From contig OZ059897.1 in NCBI GenBank assembly GCA_964057225.1, forward strand, positions 22,196,001 through 22,260,000: a DNA stretch of 64,000 nt, read 5' to 3'. Below, piece after piece: positions 24,333 to 39,600 of this stretch. The notes beneath the pieces are model-generated. The model ran no database searches and was not told the origin of the DNA. It saw only the letters and a list, made by a program, of their open reading frames with translations. Within the stretch, counting starts at the first letter, position 1. Each line of letters begins with the position of its first letter. Origin of the DNA: Auanema rhodensis (taxonomy: Eukaryota; Animalia; Nematoda). The translations under genes were made by a program, and so were the position numbers.

Positions 24333-26796
24333 ATGCTAATTAAATGTACACGTGATGTGCACTTGGTATGTAACTCGCTTCACGTGAAAGATAAAGAGAT
24401 GCGGTTTTCAAAATTAGATTCCCCATGTCCATATTAGTCTAAAAACAAATTTTTATTGATATTGGTTCATGGTAACCATGACTTTGAAATTTACGTGAAC
24501 TTTAATTTATGCTAATTAAATGTACACGTGATGTGCACTTGGTATGTAACTCGCTTCACGTGAAAGATAGAGAGATGCGGTTTTCAAAATTAGATTCCCC
24601 ATGTCCATATTAGTCTAAAAACAAATTTTTATTTATATTGGTGCATGGTAACCATGACTTTGAAATTTACGTGAACTTTAATTTATGCTAATTAAATGTA
24701 CACGTGATGTGCACTTGGTATGTAACTCGCTTCACGTGAAAGATGAAGAGATGCGGTTTTCAAAATTAGATTCCCCATGTCCATATTAGTCTAAAAACAA
24801 ATTTTTATTGATATTGGTGCATGGTAACCATGACTTTGAAATTTACGTGAACTTTAATTTATGCTAATTAAATGTACACGTGATGTGCACTTGGTATGTA
24901 ACTCGCTTCACGTGAAAGATAAAGAGATGCGGTTTTCAAAATTAGATTCCCCATGTCCATATTAGTCTAAAAACAAATTTTTATTGATATTGGTGCATGG
25001 TAACCATGACTTTGAAATTTACGTGAACTTTAATTTATGCTAATTAAATGTACACGTGATGTGCACTTGGTATGTAACTCGCTTCACGTGAAAGATGAAG
25101 AGATGCGGTTTTCAAAATTAGATTCCCCATGTCCATATTAGTCTAAAAACAAATTTTTATTGATATTGGTGCATGGTAACCATGACTTTGAAATTTACGT
25201 GAACTTTAATTTATGCTAATTAAATGTACACGTGATGTGCACTTGGTATGTAACTCGCTTCACGTGAAAGATAAGGAGATGCGGTTTTCAAAATTAGATT
25301 CCCCATGTCCATATTAGTCTAAAAACAAATTTTTATTGATATTGGTGCATGGTAACCATGACTTTGAAATTTACGTGAACTTTAATTTATGCTAATTAAA
25401 TGTACACGTGATGGGCACTTGGTATGTAACTCGCTTCACGTGAAAGATAAAGAGATGCGGTTTTCAGAATTAGATTCCCCATGTCCATATTAGTCTAAAA
25501 ACAAATTTTTATTTATATTGGTGCATGGTAACCATGACTTTGAAATTTACGTGAACTTTAATTTATGCTAATTAAATGTACACGTGATGTGCACTTGGTA
25601 TGTAACTCGCTTCACGTGAAAGATAAAGAGATGCGGTTTTCAAAATTAGATTCCCCATGTCCATATTAGTCTAAAAACAAATTTTTATTGATATTGGTTC
25701 ATGGTAACCATGACTTTGAAATTTACGTGAACTTTAATTTATGCTAATTAAATGTACACGTGATGTGCACTTGGTATGTAACTCGCTTCACGTGAAAGAT
25801 AGAGAGATGCGGTTTTCAAAATTAGATTCCCCATGTCCATATTAGTCTAAAAACAAATTTTTATTTATATTGGTGCATGGTAACCATGACTTTGAAATTT
25901 ACGTGAACTTTAATTTATGCTAATTAAATGTACACGTGATGTGCACTTGGTATGTAACTCGCTTCACGTGAAAGATGAAGAGATGCGGTTTTCAAAATTA
26001 GATTCCCCATGTCCATATTAGTCTAAAAACAAATTTTTATTGATATTGGTGCATGGTAACCATGACTTTGAAATTTACGTGAACTTTAATTTATGCTAAT
26101 TAAATGTACACGTGATGTGCACTTGGTATGTAACTCGCTTCACGTGAAAGATAAAGAGATGCGGTTTTCAAAATTAGATTCCCCATGTCCATATTAGTCT
26201 AAAAACAAATTTTTATTGATATCGGTGCATGGTAACCATGACTTTGAAATTTACGTGAACTTTAATTTATGCTAATTAAATGTACACGTGATGTGCACTT
26301 GGTATGTAACTCGCTTCACGTGAACGATGAAGAGATGCGGTTTTCAAAATTAGATTCCCCATGTCCATATTAGTCTAAAAACAAATTTTTATTGATATTG
26401 GTGCATGGTAACCATGACTTTGAAATTTACGTGAACTTTAATTTATGCTAATTAAATGTACACGTGATGTGCACTTGGTATGTAACTCGCTTCACGTGAA
26501 AGATAAGGAGATGCGGTTTTCAAAATTAGATTCCCCATGTCCATATTAGTCTAAAAACAAATTTTTATTGATATTGGTGCATGGTAACCATGACTTTGAA
26601 ATTTACGTGAACTTTAATTTATGCTAATTAAATGTACACGTGATGGGCACTTGGTATGTAACTCGCTTCACGTGAAAGATAAAGAGATGCGGTTTTCAGA
26701 ATTAGATTCCCCATGTCCATATTAGTCTAAAAACAAATTTTTATTTATATTGGTGCATGGTAACCATGACTTTGAAATTTACGTGAACTTTAATTT
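24333..26796. repeat. 7-monomer (1232-bp) tandem duplication
   Basis: agagag+atttat (monomers 24509/25741), ataagg (25213/26445) and gggcac+ttcaga (25389/26621) all lie 1232 bp apart. Confidence 0.85.
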
Positions 26797-26869
26797 ATGC
26801 TAATTAAATGTACACGTGATGTGCACTTGGTATGTAACTCGCTTCACGTGAAAGATGAAGAGATGCGGT

Positions 26870-29800
26870 TTTCAAAATTAGATTCCCCATGTCCATATTA
26901 GTCTAATAACAAATTTTTATTGATATTGGTGCATGGTAACCATGACTTTGAAATTTACGTGAACTTTAATTTATGCTAATTAAATGTACACGTGATGTGC
27001 ACTTGGTATGTAACTCGCTTCACGTGAAAGATAAAGAGATGCGGTTTTCAAAATTAGATTCCCCATGTCCATATTAGTCTAAAAACAAATTTTTATTGAT
27101 ATTGGTGCATGGTAACCATGACTTTGAAATTTACGTGAACTTTAATTTATGCTAATTAAATGTACACGTGATGTGCACTTGGTATGTAACTCGCTTCACG
27201 TGAAAGATGAAGAAATGCGGTTTTCAAAATTAGATTCCCCATGTCCATATTAGTCTAAAAACAAATTTTTATTGATATTGGTGCATGGTAACCATGACTT
27301 TGAAATTTACGTGAACTTTAATTTATGCTAATTAAATGTACACGTGATGTGCACTTGGTATGTAACTCGCTTCACGTGAAAGATAAGGAGATGCGGTTTT
27401 CAAAATTAGATTCCCCATGTCCATATTAGTCTAAAAACAAATTTTTATTGATATTGGTGCATGGTAACCATGACTTTGAAATTTACGTGAACTTTAATTT
27501 ATGCTAATTAAATGTACACGTGATGGGCACTTGGTTTGTAACTCGCTTCACGTGAAAGATAAAGAGATGCGGTTTTCAAAATTAGATTCCCCATGTCCAT
27601 ATTAGTCTAAAAACAAATTTTTATTGATATTGGTTCATGGTAACCATGACTTTGAAATTTACGTGAACTTTAATTTATGCTAATTAAATGTACACGTGAT
27701 GTGCACTTGGTATGTAACTCGCTTCACGTGAAAGATAAAGAGATGCGGTTTTCAAAATTAGATTCCCCATGTCCATATTAGTCTAAAAACAAATTTTTAT
27801 TGATATTGGTTCATGGTAACCATGACTTTGAAATTTACGTGAACTTTAATTTATGCTAATTAAATGTACACGTGATGTGCACTTGGTATGTAACTCGCTT
27901 CACGTGAAAGATAAAGAGATGCGGTTTTCAAAATTAGATTCCCCATGTCCATATCAGTCTAAAAACAAATTTTTATTGATATTGGTGCATGGTAACCATG
28001 ACTTTGAAATTTACGTGAACTTTAATTTATGCTAATTAAATGTACACGTGATGTGCACTTGGTATGTAACTCGCTTCACGTGAAAGATAACGAGATGCGG
28101 TTTTCAAAATTAGATTCCCCATGTCCATATTAGTCTAAAAACAAATTTTTATTGATATTGGTGCATGGTAACCATGACTTTGAAATTTACGTGAACTTTA
28201 ATTTATGCTAATTAAATGTACACGTGATGGGCACTTGGTATGTAACTCGCTTCACGTGAAAGATAAAGAGATGCGGTTTTCAAAATTAGATTCCCCATGT
28301 CCATATTAGTCTAAAAACAAATTTTTATTGATATTGGTGCATGGTAACCATGACTTTGAAATTTACGTGAACTTTAATTTATGCTAATTAAATGTACACG
28401 TGATGTGCACTTGGTATGTAACTCGCTTCACGTGAAAGATAAAGAGATGCGGTTTTCAAAATTAGATTCCCCATGTCCATATTAGTTTAAAAACAAATTT
28501 TTATTGATATTGGTGCATGGTAACCATGACTTTGAAATTTACGTGAACTTTAATTTATGCTAACTAAATGTACACGTGATGTGCACTTGGTATGTAACTC
28601 GCTTCACGTGAAAGATAAAGAGATGCGGTTTTGAAAATTAGATTCCCCATGTCCATATTAGTTTAAAAACAAATTTTTATTGATATTGGTGCATGGTAAC
28701 CATGACTTTGAAATTTACGTGAACTTTAATTTATGCTAACTAAATGTACACGTGATGTGTACTTGGTATGTAACTCGCTTCACGTGAAAGATAAAGAGAT
28801 GCGGTTTTCAAAATTAGATTCCCCATGTCCATATTAGTCTAAAAACAAATTTTTATTGATATTGGTGCATGGTAACCATGACTTTGAAATTTACGTGAAC
28901 TTTAATTTATGCTAATTAAATGTACACGTGATGTGCACTTGGTATGTAACTCGCTTCACGTGAAAGATAAAGAGATGCTGTTTTCAAAATTAGATTCCCC
29001 ATGTCCATATTAGTCTAAAAACAAATTTTTATTGATATTGGTGCATGGTAACCATGACTTTGAAATTTACGTGAACTTTAATTTATGCTAATTAAATGTA
29101 CACGTGATGTGCACTTGGTATGTAACTCGCTTCACGTGAAAGATAAAGAGATGCTGTTTTCAAAATTAGATTCCCCATGTCCATATTAGTCTAATAACAA
29201 ATTTTTATTGATATTGGTGCATGGTAACCATGACTTTGAAATTTACGTGAACTTTAATTTATGCTAATTAAATGTACACGTGATGTGCACTTGGTATGTA
29301 ACTCGCTTCACGTGAAAGATAAAGAGATGCGGTTTTCAAAATTAGATTCCCCATGTCCATATTAGTCTAAAAACAAATTTTTATTGATATTGGTGCATGG
29401 TAACCATGACTTTGAAATTTACGTGAACTTTAATTTATGCTAATTAAATGTACACGTGATGTGCACTTGGTATGTAACTCGCTTCACGTGAAAGATGAAG
29501 AAATGCGGTTTTCAAAATTAGATTCCCCATGTCCATATTAGTCTAAAAACAAATTTTTATTGATATTGGTGCATGGTAACCATGACTTTGAAATTTACGT
29601 GAACTTTAATTTATGCTAATTAAATGTACACGTGATGTGCACTTGGTATGTAACTCGCTTCACGTGAAAGATAAGGAGATGCGGTTTTCAAAATTAGATT
29701 CCCCATGTCCATATTAGTCTAAAAACAAATTTTTATTGATATTGGTGCATGGTAACCATGACTTTGAAATTTACGTGAACTTTAATTTATGCTAATTAAA

Positions 29801-31445
29801 TGTACACGTGATGGGCACTTGGTTTGTAACTCGCTTCACGTGAAAGATAAAGAGATGCGGTTTTCAAAATTAGATTCCCCATGTCCATATTAGTCTAAAA
29901 ACAAATTTTTATTGATATTGGTTCATGGTAACCATGACTTTGAAATTTACGTGAACTTTAATTTATGCTAATTAAATGTACACGTGATGTGCACTTGGTA
30001 TGTAACTCGCTTCACGTGAAAGATAAAGAGATGCGGTTTTCAAAATTAGATTCCCCATGTCCATATTAGTCTAAAAACAAATTTTTATTGATATTGGTTC
30101 ATGGTAACCATGACTTTGAAATTTACGTGAACTTTAATTTATGCTAATTAAATGTACACGTGATGTGCACTTGGTATGTAACTCGCTTCACGTGAAAGAT
30201 AAAGAGATGCGGTTTTCAAAATTAGATTCCCCATGTCCATATCAGTCTAAAAACAAATTTTTATTGATATTGGTGCATGGTAACCATGACTTTGAAATTT
30301 ACGTGAACTTTAATTTATGCTAATTAAATGTACACGTGATGTGCACTTGGTATGTAACTCGCTTCACGTGAAAGATAACGAGATGCGGTTTTCAAAATTA
30401 GATTCCCCATGTCCATATTAGTCTAAAAACAAATTTTTATTGATATTGGTGCATGGTAACCATGACTTTGAAATTTACGTGAACTTTAATTTATGCTAAT
30501 TAAATGTACACGTGATGGGCACTTGGTATGTAACTCGCTTCACGTGAAAGATAAAGAGATGCGGTTTTCAAAATTAGATTCCCCATGTCCATATTAGTCT
30601 AAAAACAAATTTTTATTGATATTGGTGCATGGTAACCATGACTTTGAAATTTACGTGAACTTTAATTTATGCTAATTAAATGTACACGTGATGTGCACTT
30701 GGTATGTAACTCGCTTCACGTGAAAGATAAAGAGATGCGGTTTTCAAAATTAGATTCCCCATGTCCATATTAGTTTAAAAACAAATTTTTATTGATATTG
30801 GTGCATGGTAACCATGACTTTGAAATTTACGTGAACTTTAATTTATGCTAACTAAATGTACACGTGATGTGCACTTGGTATGTAACTCGCTTCACGTGAA
30901 AGATAAAGAGATGCGGTTTTGAAAATTAGATTCCCCATGTCCATATTAGTTTAAAAACAAATTTTTATTGATATTGGTGCATGGTAACCATGACTTTGAA
31001 ATTTACGTGAACTTTAATTTATGCTAACTAAATGTACACGTGATGTGTACTTGGTATGTAACTCGCTTCACGTGAAAGATAAAGAGATGCGGTTTTCAAA
31101 ATTAGATTCCCCATGTCCATATTAGTCTAAAAACAAATTTTTATTGATATTGGTGCATGGTAACCATGACTTTGAAATTTACGTGAACTTTAATTTATGC
31201 TAATTAAATGTACACGTGATGTGCACTTGGTATGTAACTCGCTTCACGTGAAAGATAAAGAGATGCTGTTTTCAAAATTAGATTCCCCATGTCCATATTA
31301 GTCTAAAAACAAATTTTTATTGATATTGGTGCATGGTAACCATGACTTTGAAATTTACGTGAACTTTAATTTATGCTAATTAAATGTACACGTGATGTGC
31401 ACTTGGTATGTAACTCGCTTCACGTGAAAGATAAAGAGATGCTGT
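26870..31445. repeat. 13-monomer (2288-bp) tandem duplication
   Basis: ctaataac (26907/29195), ggtttg (27536/29824), atcagt monomers (27853/30141) and the aactaaa markers recur 2288 bp apart. Ends are approximate. Confidence 0.88.
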
Positions 31446-31548
31446 TTTCAAAATTAGATTCCCCATGTCCATATTAGTCTAAAAACAAATTTTTATTGAT
31501 ATTGGTTCATGGTAACCATGACTTTGAAATTTACGTGAACTTTAATTT

Positions 31549-34500
31549 ATGCTAATTAAATGTACACGTGATGTGCACTTGGTATGTAACTCGCTTCACG
31601 TGAAAGATAAAGAGATGCGGTTTTCAAAATTAGATTCCCCATGTCCATATCAGTCTAAAAACAAATTTTTATTGATATTGGTGCATGGTAACCATGACTT
31701 TGAAATTTACGTGAACTTTAATTTATGCTAATTAAATGTACACGTGATGTGCACTTGGTATGTTACTCGCTTCACGTGAAAGATAACGAGATGCGGTTTT
31801 CAAAATTAGATTCCCCATGTCCATATTAGTCTAAAAACAAATTTTTATTGATATTGGTGCATGGTAACCATGACTTTGAAATTTACGTGAACTTTAATTT
31901 ATGCTAATTAAATGTACACGTGATGTGCACTTGGTATGTAACTCGCTTCACGTGAAAGATAAAGAGATGCGGTTTTGAAAATTAGATTCCCCATGTCCAT
32001 ATTAGTTTGAAAACAAATTTTTATTGATATTGGTGCATGGTAACCATGACTTTGAAATTTACGTGAACTTTAATTTATGCTAACTAAATGTACACGTGAT
32101 GTGTACTTGGTATGTAACTCGCTTCACGTGAAAGATAAAGAGATGCGGTTTTCAAAATTAGATTCCCCATGTCCATATTAGTCTAAAAACAAATTTTTAT
32201 TGATATTGGTGCATGGTAACCATGACTTTGAAATTTACGTGAACTTTAATTTATGCTAATTAAATGTACACGTGATGTGCACTTGGTATGTAACTCGCTT
32301 CACGTGAAAGATAAAGAGATGCTGTTTTCAAAATTAGATTCCCCATGTCCATATTAGTCTAAAAACAAATTTTTATTGATATTGGTGCATGGTAACCATG
32401 ACTTTGAAATTTACGTGAACTTTAATTTATGCTAATTAAATGTACACGTGATGTGCACTTGGTATGTAACTCGCTTCACGTGAAAGATAAAGAGATGCTG
32501 TTTTCAAAATTAGATTCCCCATGTCCATATTAGTCTAAAAACAAATTTTTATTGATATTGGTTCATGGTAACCATGACTTTGAAATTTACGTGAACTTTA
32601 ATTTATGCTAATTAAATGTACACGTGATGTGCACTTGGTATGTAACTCGCTTCACGTGAAAGATAAAGAGATGCGGTTTTCAAAATTAGATTCCCCATGT
32701 CCATATCAGTCTAAAAACAAATTTTTATTGATATTGGTGCATGGTAACCATGACTTTGAAATTTACGTGAACTTTAATTTATGCTAATTAAATGTACACG
32801 TGATGTGCACTTGGTATGTTACTCGCTTCACGTGAAAGATAACGAGATGCGGTTTTCAAAATTAGATTCCCCATGTCCATATTAGTCTAAAAACAAATTT
32901 TTATTGATATTGGTGCATGGTAACCATGACTTTGAAATTTACGTGAACTTTAATTTATGCTAATTAAATGTACACGTGATGTGCACTTGGTATGTAACTC
33001 GCTTCACGTGAAAGATAAAGAGATGCGGTTTTGAAAATTAGATTCCCCATGTCCATATTAGTTTGAAAACAAATTTTTATTGATATTGGTGCATGGTAAC
33101 CATGACTTTGAAATTTACGTGAACTTTAATTTATGCTAACTAAATGTACACGTGATGTGTACTTGGTATGTAACTCGCTTCACGTGAAAGATAAAGAGAT
33201 GCGGTTTTCAAAATTAGATTCCCCATGTCCATATTAGTCTAAAAACAAATTTTTATTGATATTGGTGCATGGTAACCATGACTTTGAAATTTACGTGAAC
33301 TTTAATTTATGCTAATTAAATGTACACGTGATGTGCACTTGGTATGTAACTCGCTTCACGTGAAAGATAAAGAGATGCTGTTTTCAAAATTAGATTCCCC
33401 ATGTCCATATTAGTCTAAAAACAAATTTTTATTGATATTGGTTCATGGTAACCATGACTTTGAAATTTACGTGAACTTTAATTTATGCTAATTAAATGTA
33501 CACGTGATGTGCACTTGGTATGTAACTCGCTTCACGTGAAAGATAAAGAGATGCGGTTTTGAAAATTAGATTCCCCATGTCCATATTAGTTTAAAAACAA
33601 ATTTTTATTGATATTGGTGCATGGTAACCATGACTTTGAAATTTACGTGAACTTTAATTTATGCTAACTAAATGTACACGTGATGTGTACTTGGTATGTA
33701 ACTCGCTTCACGTGAAAGATAAAGAGATGCGGTTTTCAAAATTAGATTCCCCATGTCCATATTAGTCTAAAAACAAATTTTTATTGATATTGGTGCATGG
33801 TAACCATGACTTTGAAATTTACGTGAACTTTAATTTATGCTAATTAAATGTACACGTGATGTGCACTTGGTATGTAACTCGCTTCACGTGAAAGATAAAG
33901 AGATGCTGTTTTCAAAATTAGATTCCCCATGTCCATATTAGTCTAAAAACAAATTTTTATTGATATTGGTGCATGGTAACCATGACTTTGAAATTTACGT
34001 GAACTTTAATTTATGCTAATTAAATGTACACGTGATGTGCACTTGGTATGTAACTCGCTTCACGTGAAAGATAAAGAGATGCTGTTTTCAAAATTAGATT
34101 CCCCATGTCCATATTAGTCTAAAAACAAATTTTTATTGATATTGGTTCATGGTAACCATGACTTTGAAATTTACGTGAACTTTAATTTATGCTAATTAAA
34201 TGTACACGTGATGTGCACTTGGTATGTAACTCGCTTCACGTGAAAGATAAAGAGATGCGGTTTTCAAAATTAGATTCCCCATGTCCATATCAGTCTAAAA
34301 ACAAATTTTTATTGATATTGGTGCATGGTAACCATGACTTTGAAATTTACGTGAACTTTAATTTATGCTAATTAAATGTACACGTGATGTGCACTTGGTA
34401 TGTAACTCGCTTCACGTGAAAGATAACGAGATGCGGTTTTCAAAATTAGATTCCCCATGTCCATATTAGTCTAAAAACAAATTTTTATTGATATTGGTGC

Positions 34501-35068
34501 ATGGTAACCATGACTTTGAAATTTACGTGAACTTTAATTTATGCTAATTAAATGTACACGTGATGTGCACTTGGTATGTAACTCGCTTCACGTGAAAGAT
34601 AAAGAGATGCGGTTTTGAAAATTAGATTCCCCATGTCCATATTAGTTTAAAAACAAATTTTTATTGATATTGGTGCATGGTAACCATGACTTTGAAATTT
34701 ACGTGAACTTTAATTTATGCTAACTAAATGTACACGTGATGTGTACTTGGTATGTAACTCGCTTCACGTGAAAGATAAAGAGATGCGGTTTTCAAAATTA
34801 GATTCCCCATGTCCATATTAGTCTAAAAACAAATTTTTATTGATATTGGTGCATGGTAACCATGACTTTGAAATTTACGTGAACTTTAATTTATGCTAAT
34901 TAAATGTACACGTGATGTGCACTTGGTATGTAACTCGCTTCACGTGAAAGATAAAGAGATGCTGTTTTCAAAATTAGATTCCCCATGTCCATATTAGTCT
35001 AAAAACAAATTTTTATTGATATTGGTGCATGGTAACCATGACTTTGAAATTTACGTGAACTTTAATTT
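31549..35068. repeat. Shortened (about 6-monomer) derivatives of the 13-mer unit
   Basis: atcagt marker monomers at 31549, 32605 (+1056) and 34189 (+1584) are each followed by aacg, ttgaaa, aactaa+gtgtac and gctg monomers in the same order. Confidence 0.75.
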
Positions 35069-36652
35069 ATGCTAATTAAATGTACACGTGATGTGCACTT
35101 GGTATGTAACTCGCTTCACGTGAAAGATGAAGAGATGCAGTTTTCAAAATTAGATTCCCCATGTCCATATTAGTCTAAAAACAAAATTTTATTGATATTG
35201 GTGCATGGTAACCATGACTTTGAAATTTACGTGAACTTTAATTCATGCTAATTAAATGTACACGTGATGTGCACTTGGTATGTAACTCGCTTCACGTGAA
35301 AGATAAAGAGATGCGGTTTTCAAAATTAGATTCCCCATGTCCATATTAGTCTAAAAACAAATTTTTATTGATATTGGTTCATGGTAACCATGACTTTGAA
35401 ATTTACGTGAACTTTAATTTATGCTAATTAAATATACACGTGATGTGCACTTGGTATGTAACTCGCTTCACGTGAAAGATAAAGAGATGCGGTTTTCAAA
35501 ATTAGATTCCCCATGTCCATATTAGTCTAAAAACAAATTTTTATTGATATTGGTGAATGGTAACCATGACTTTGAAATTTACGTGAACTTTAATTTATGC
35601 TAATTAAATGTACACGTGATGTGCACTTGGTATGTAACTCGCTTCACGTGAAAGATGAAGAGATGCGGTTTTCAAAATTAGATTCCCCATGTCCATATTA
35701 GTCTAAAAACAAATTTTTATTGATATTGGTGCATGGTAACCATGACTTTGAAATTTACGTGAACTTTAATTTATGCTAATTAAATGTACACGTGATGTGC
35801 ACTTGGTATGTAACTCGCTTCACGTGAAAGATGAAGAGATGCTGTTTTCAAAATTAGATTCCCCATGTCCATATTAGTCTAAAAACAAATTTTTATTGAT
35901 ATTGGTGCATGGTAACCATGACTTTGAAATTTACGTGAACTTTAATTTATGCTAATTAAATGTACACGTGATGTGCACTTGGTATGTAACTCGCTTCACG
36001 TGAAAGATGAAGAGATGCAGTTTTCAAAATTAGATTCCCCATGTCCATATTAGTCTAAAAACAAAATTTTATTGATATTGGTGCATGGTAACCATGACTT
36101 TGAAATTTACGTGAACTTTAATTCATGCTAATTAAATGTACACGTGATGTGCACTTGGTAGGTAACTCGCTTCACGTGAAAGATAAAGAGATGCGGTTTT
36201 CAAAATTAGATTCCCCATGTCCATATTAGTCTAAAAACAAATTTTTATTGATATTGGTTCATGGTAACCATGACTTTGAAATTTACGTGAACTTTAATTT
36301 ATGCTAATTAAATATACACGTGATGTGCACTTGGTATGTAACTCGCTTCACGTGAAAGATAAAGAGATGCGGTTTTCAAAATTAGATTCCCCATGTCCAT
36401 ATTAGTCTAAAAACAAATTTTTATTGATATTGGTGAATGGTAACCATGACTTTGAAATTTACGTGAACTTTAATTTATGCTAATTAAATGTACACGTGAT
36501 GTGCACTTGGTATGTAACTCGCTTCACGTGAAAGATGAAGAGATGCGGTTTTCAAAATTAGATTCCCCATGTCCATATTAGTCTAAAAACAAATTTTTAT
36601 TGATATTGGTGCATGGTAACCATGACTTTGAAATTTACGTGAACTTTAATTT
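34893..36652. repeat. 5-monomer (880-bp) tandem duplication
   Basis: gcag+acaaaatt+attcat monomers at 35069/35949, and aatatac+gaatgg monomers at 35421/36301. Confidence 0.82.
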
Positions 36653-39600
36653 ATGCTAATTAAATGTACACGTGATGTGCACTTGGTATGTAACTCGCTT
36701 CACGTGAAAGATAAAGAGATGCGGTTTTCAAAATTAGATTCCCCATGTCCATATTAGTCTAAAAACAAATTTTTATTGATATTGGTTCATGGTAACCATG
36801 ACTTTGAAATTTACGTGAACTTTAATTTATGCTAATTAAATGTACACGTGATGTGCACTTGGTATGTAACTCGCTTCACGTGAAATATAAAGAGATGCGG
36901 TTTTCAAAATTAGATTCCCCATGTCCATATTAGTCTAAAAACAAATTTTTATTGATATTGGTTCATGGTAACCATGACTTTGAAATTTACGTGAACTTTA
37001 ATTTATGCTAATTAAATGTACACGTGATGTGCACTTGGTATGTAACTCGCTTCACGTGAAAGATAAAGAGATGCGGTTTTCAAAATTAGATTCCCCATGT
37101 CCATATTAGTCTAAAAACAAATTTTTATTGATATTGCTTCATGGTAACCATGACTTTGAAATTTACGTGAACTTTAATTTATGCTAATTAAATGTACACG
37201 TGATGTGCACTTGGTATGTAACTCGCTTCACGTGAAAGATAAAGAGATGCGGTTTTCAAAATTAGATTTCCCATGTCCATATTAGTCTAAAAACAAATTT
37301 TTATTGATATTGGTTCATGGTAACCATGACTTTGAAATTTACGTGAACTTTAATTTATGCTAATTAAATGTACACGTGATGTGCACTTGGTATGTAACTC
37401 GCTTCACGTGAAAGATAAAGAGATGCGGTTTTCAAAATTAGATTCCCCATGTCCATATTAGTCTAAAAACAAATTTTTATTGATATTGGTTCATGGTAAC
37501 CATGACTTTGAAATTTACGTGAACTTTAATTTATGCTAATTAAATGTACACGTGATGTGCACTTGGTATGTAACTCGCTTCACGTGAAAGATAAAGAGAT
37601 GCGGTTTTCAAAATTAGATTCCCCATGTCCATATTAGTCTAAAAACAAATTTTTATTGATATTGGTGCATGGTAACCATGACTTTGAAATTTACGTGAAC
37701 TTTAATTTATGCTAATTAAATGTACACGTGATGTGCACTTGGTATGTAACTCGCTTCACGTGAAAGATAAAGAGATGCGGTTTTCAAAATTAGATTCCCC
37801 ATGTCCATATTAGTCTAAAAACAAATTTTTATTGATATTGGTTCATGGTAACCATGACTTTGAAATTTACGTGAACTTTAATTTATGCTAATTAAATGTA
37901 CACGTGATGTGCACTTGGTATGTAACTCGCTTCACGTGAAAGATAAAGAGATGCGGTTTTCAAAATTAGATTCCCCATGTCCATATTAGTCTAAAAACAA
38001 ATTTTTATTGATATTGGTTCATGGTAACCATGACTTTGAAATTTACGTGAACTTTAATTTATGCTAATTAAATGTACACGTGATGTGCACTTGGTATGTA
38101 ACTCGCTTCACGTGGAAGATAAAGAGATGCGGTTTTCAAAATTAGATTCCCCATGTCCATATTAGGCTAAAAACAAATTTTTATTGATATTGGTGCATGG
38201 TAACCATGACTTTGAAATTTACGTGAACTCTAATTTATGCTAATTAAATGTACACGTGATGTGCACTTGGTATGTAACTCGCTTCACGTGAAAGATAAAG
38301 AGATGCGGTTTTCAAAATTAGATTCCCCATGTCCATATTAGTCTAAAAACAAATTTTTATTGATATTGGTGCATGGTAACCATGACTTTGAAATTTACGT
38401 GAACTTTAATTTATGCTAATTAAATGTACACGTGATGTGCACTTGGTATGTAACTCGCTTCACGTGAAAGATGAAGAGATGCTGTTTTCAAAATTAGATT
38501 CCCCATGTCCATATTAGTCTAAAAACAAAATTTTATTGATATTGGTGCATGGTAACCATGACTTTGAAATTTACGTGAACTTTAATTCATGCTAATTAAA
38601 TGTACACGTGATGTGCACTTGGTATGTAACTCGCTTCACGTGAAAGATAAAGAGATGCGGTTTTCAAAATTAGATTCCCCATGTCCATATTAGTCTAAAA
38701 ACAAATTTTCATTGATATTGGTGCATGGTAACCATGACTTTGAAATTTACGTGAACTTTAATTTATGCTAATTAAATGTACACGTGATGTGCACTTGGTA
38801 TGTAACTCGCTTCACGTGAAAGATAAAGAGATGCGGTTTTCAAAATTAGATTCCCCATGTCCATATTAGTCTAAAAACAAATTTTTATTGATATTGGTGA
38901 ATGGTAACCATGACTTTGAAATTTACGTGAACTTTAATTTATGCTAATGAAATGTACACGTGATGTGCACTTGGTATGTAACTCGCTTCACGTGAAAGAT
39001 AAAGAGATGCGGTTTTCAAAATTAGATTCCCCATGTCCATATTAGTCTAAAAACAAATTTTTATTGATATTGGTTCATGGTAACCATGACTTTGAAATTT
39101 ACGTGAACTTTAATTTATGCTAATTAAATGTACACGTGATGTGCACTTGGTATGTAACTCGCTTCACGTGAAAGATAAAGAGATGCGGTTTTCAAAATTA
39201 GATTCCCCATGTCCATATTAGTCTAAAAACAAATTTTTATTGATATTGGTGAATGGTAACCATGACTTTGAAATTTACGTGAACTTTAATTTATGCTAAT
39301 TAAATGTACACGTGATGTGCACTTGGTATGTAACTCGCTTCACGTGAAAGATGAAGAGATGCGGTTTTCAAAATTAGATTCCCCATGTCCATATTAGTCT
39401 AAAAACAAATTTTTATTGATATTGGTGCATGGTAACCATGACTTTGAAATTTACGTGAACTTTAATTTATGCTAATTAAATGTACACGTGATGTGCACTT
39501 GGTATGTAACTCGCTTCACGTGAAAGATAAAGAGATGCGGTTTTCAAAATTAGATTCCCCATGTCCATATTAGTCTAAAAACAAATTTTTATTGATATTG

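Noticed and set aside
8845-34371. Ten 60-aa ORFs (MLIKCTRDVHLVCNS...) in the ORF track
   Set aside because: They are satellite monomers in which the consensus TAG at monomer positions 103-105 mutated to TGG or CAG and was then copied by higher-order duplication. They show no recognisable protein features and are useful only as repeat markers.
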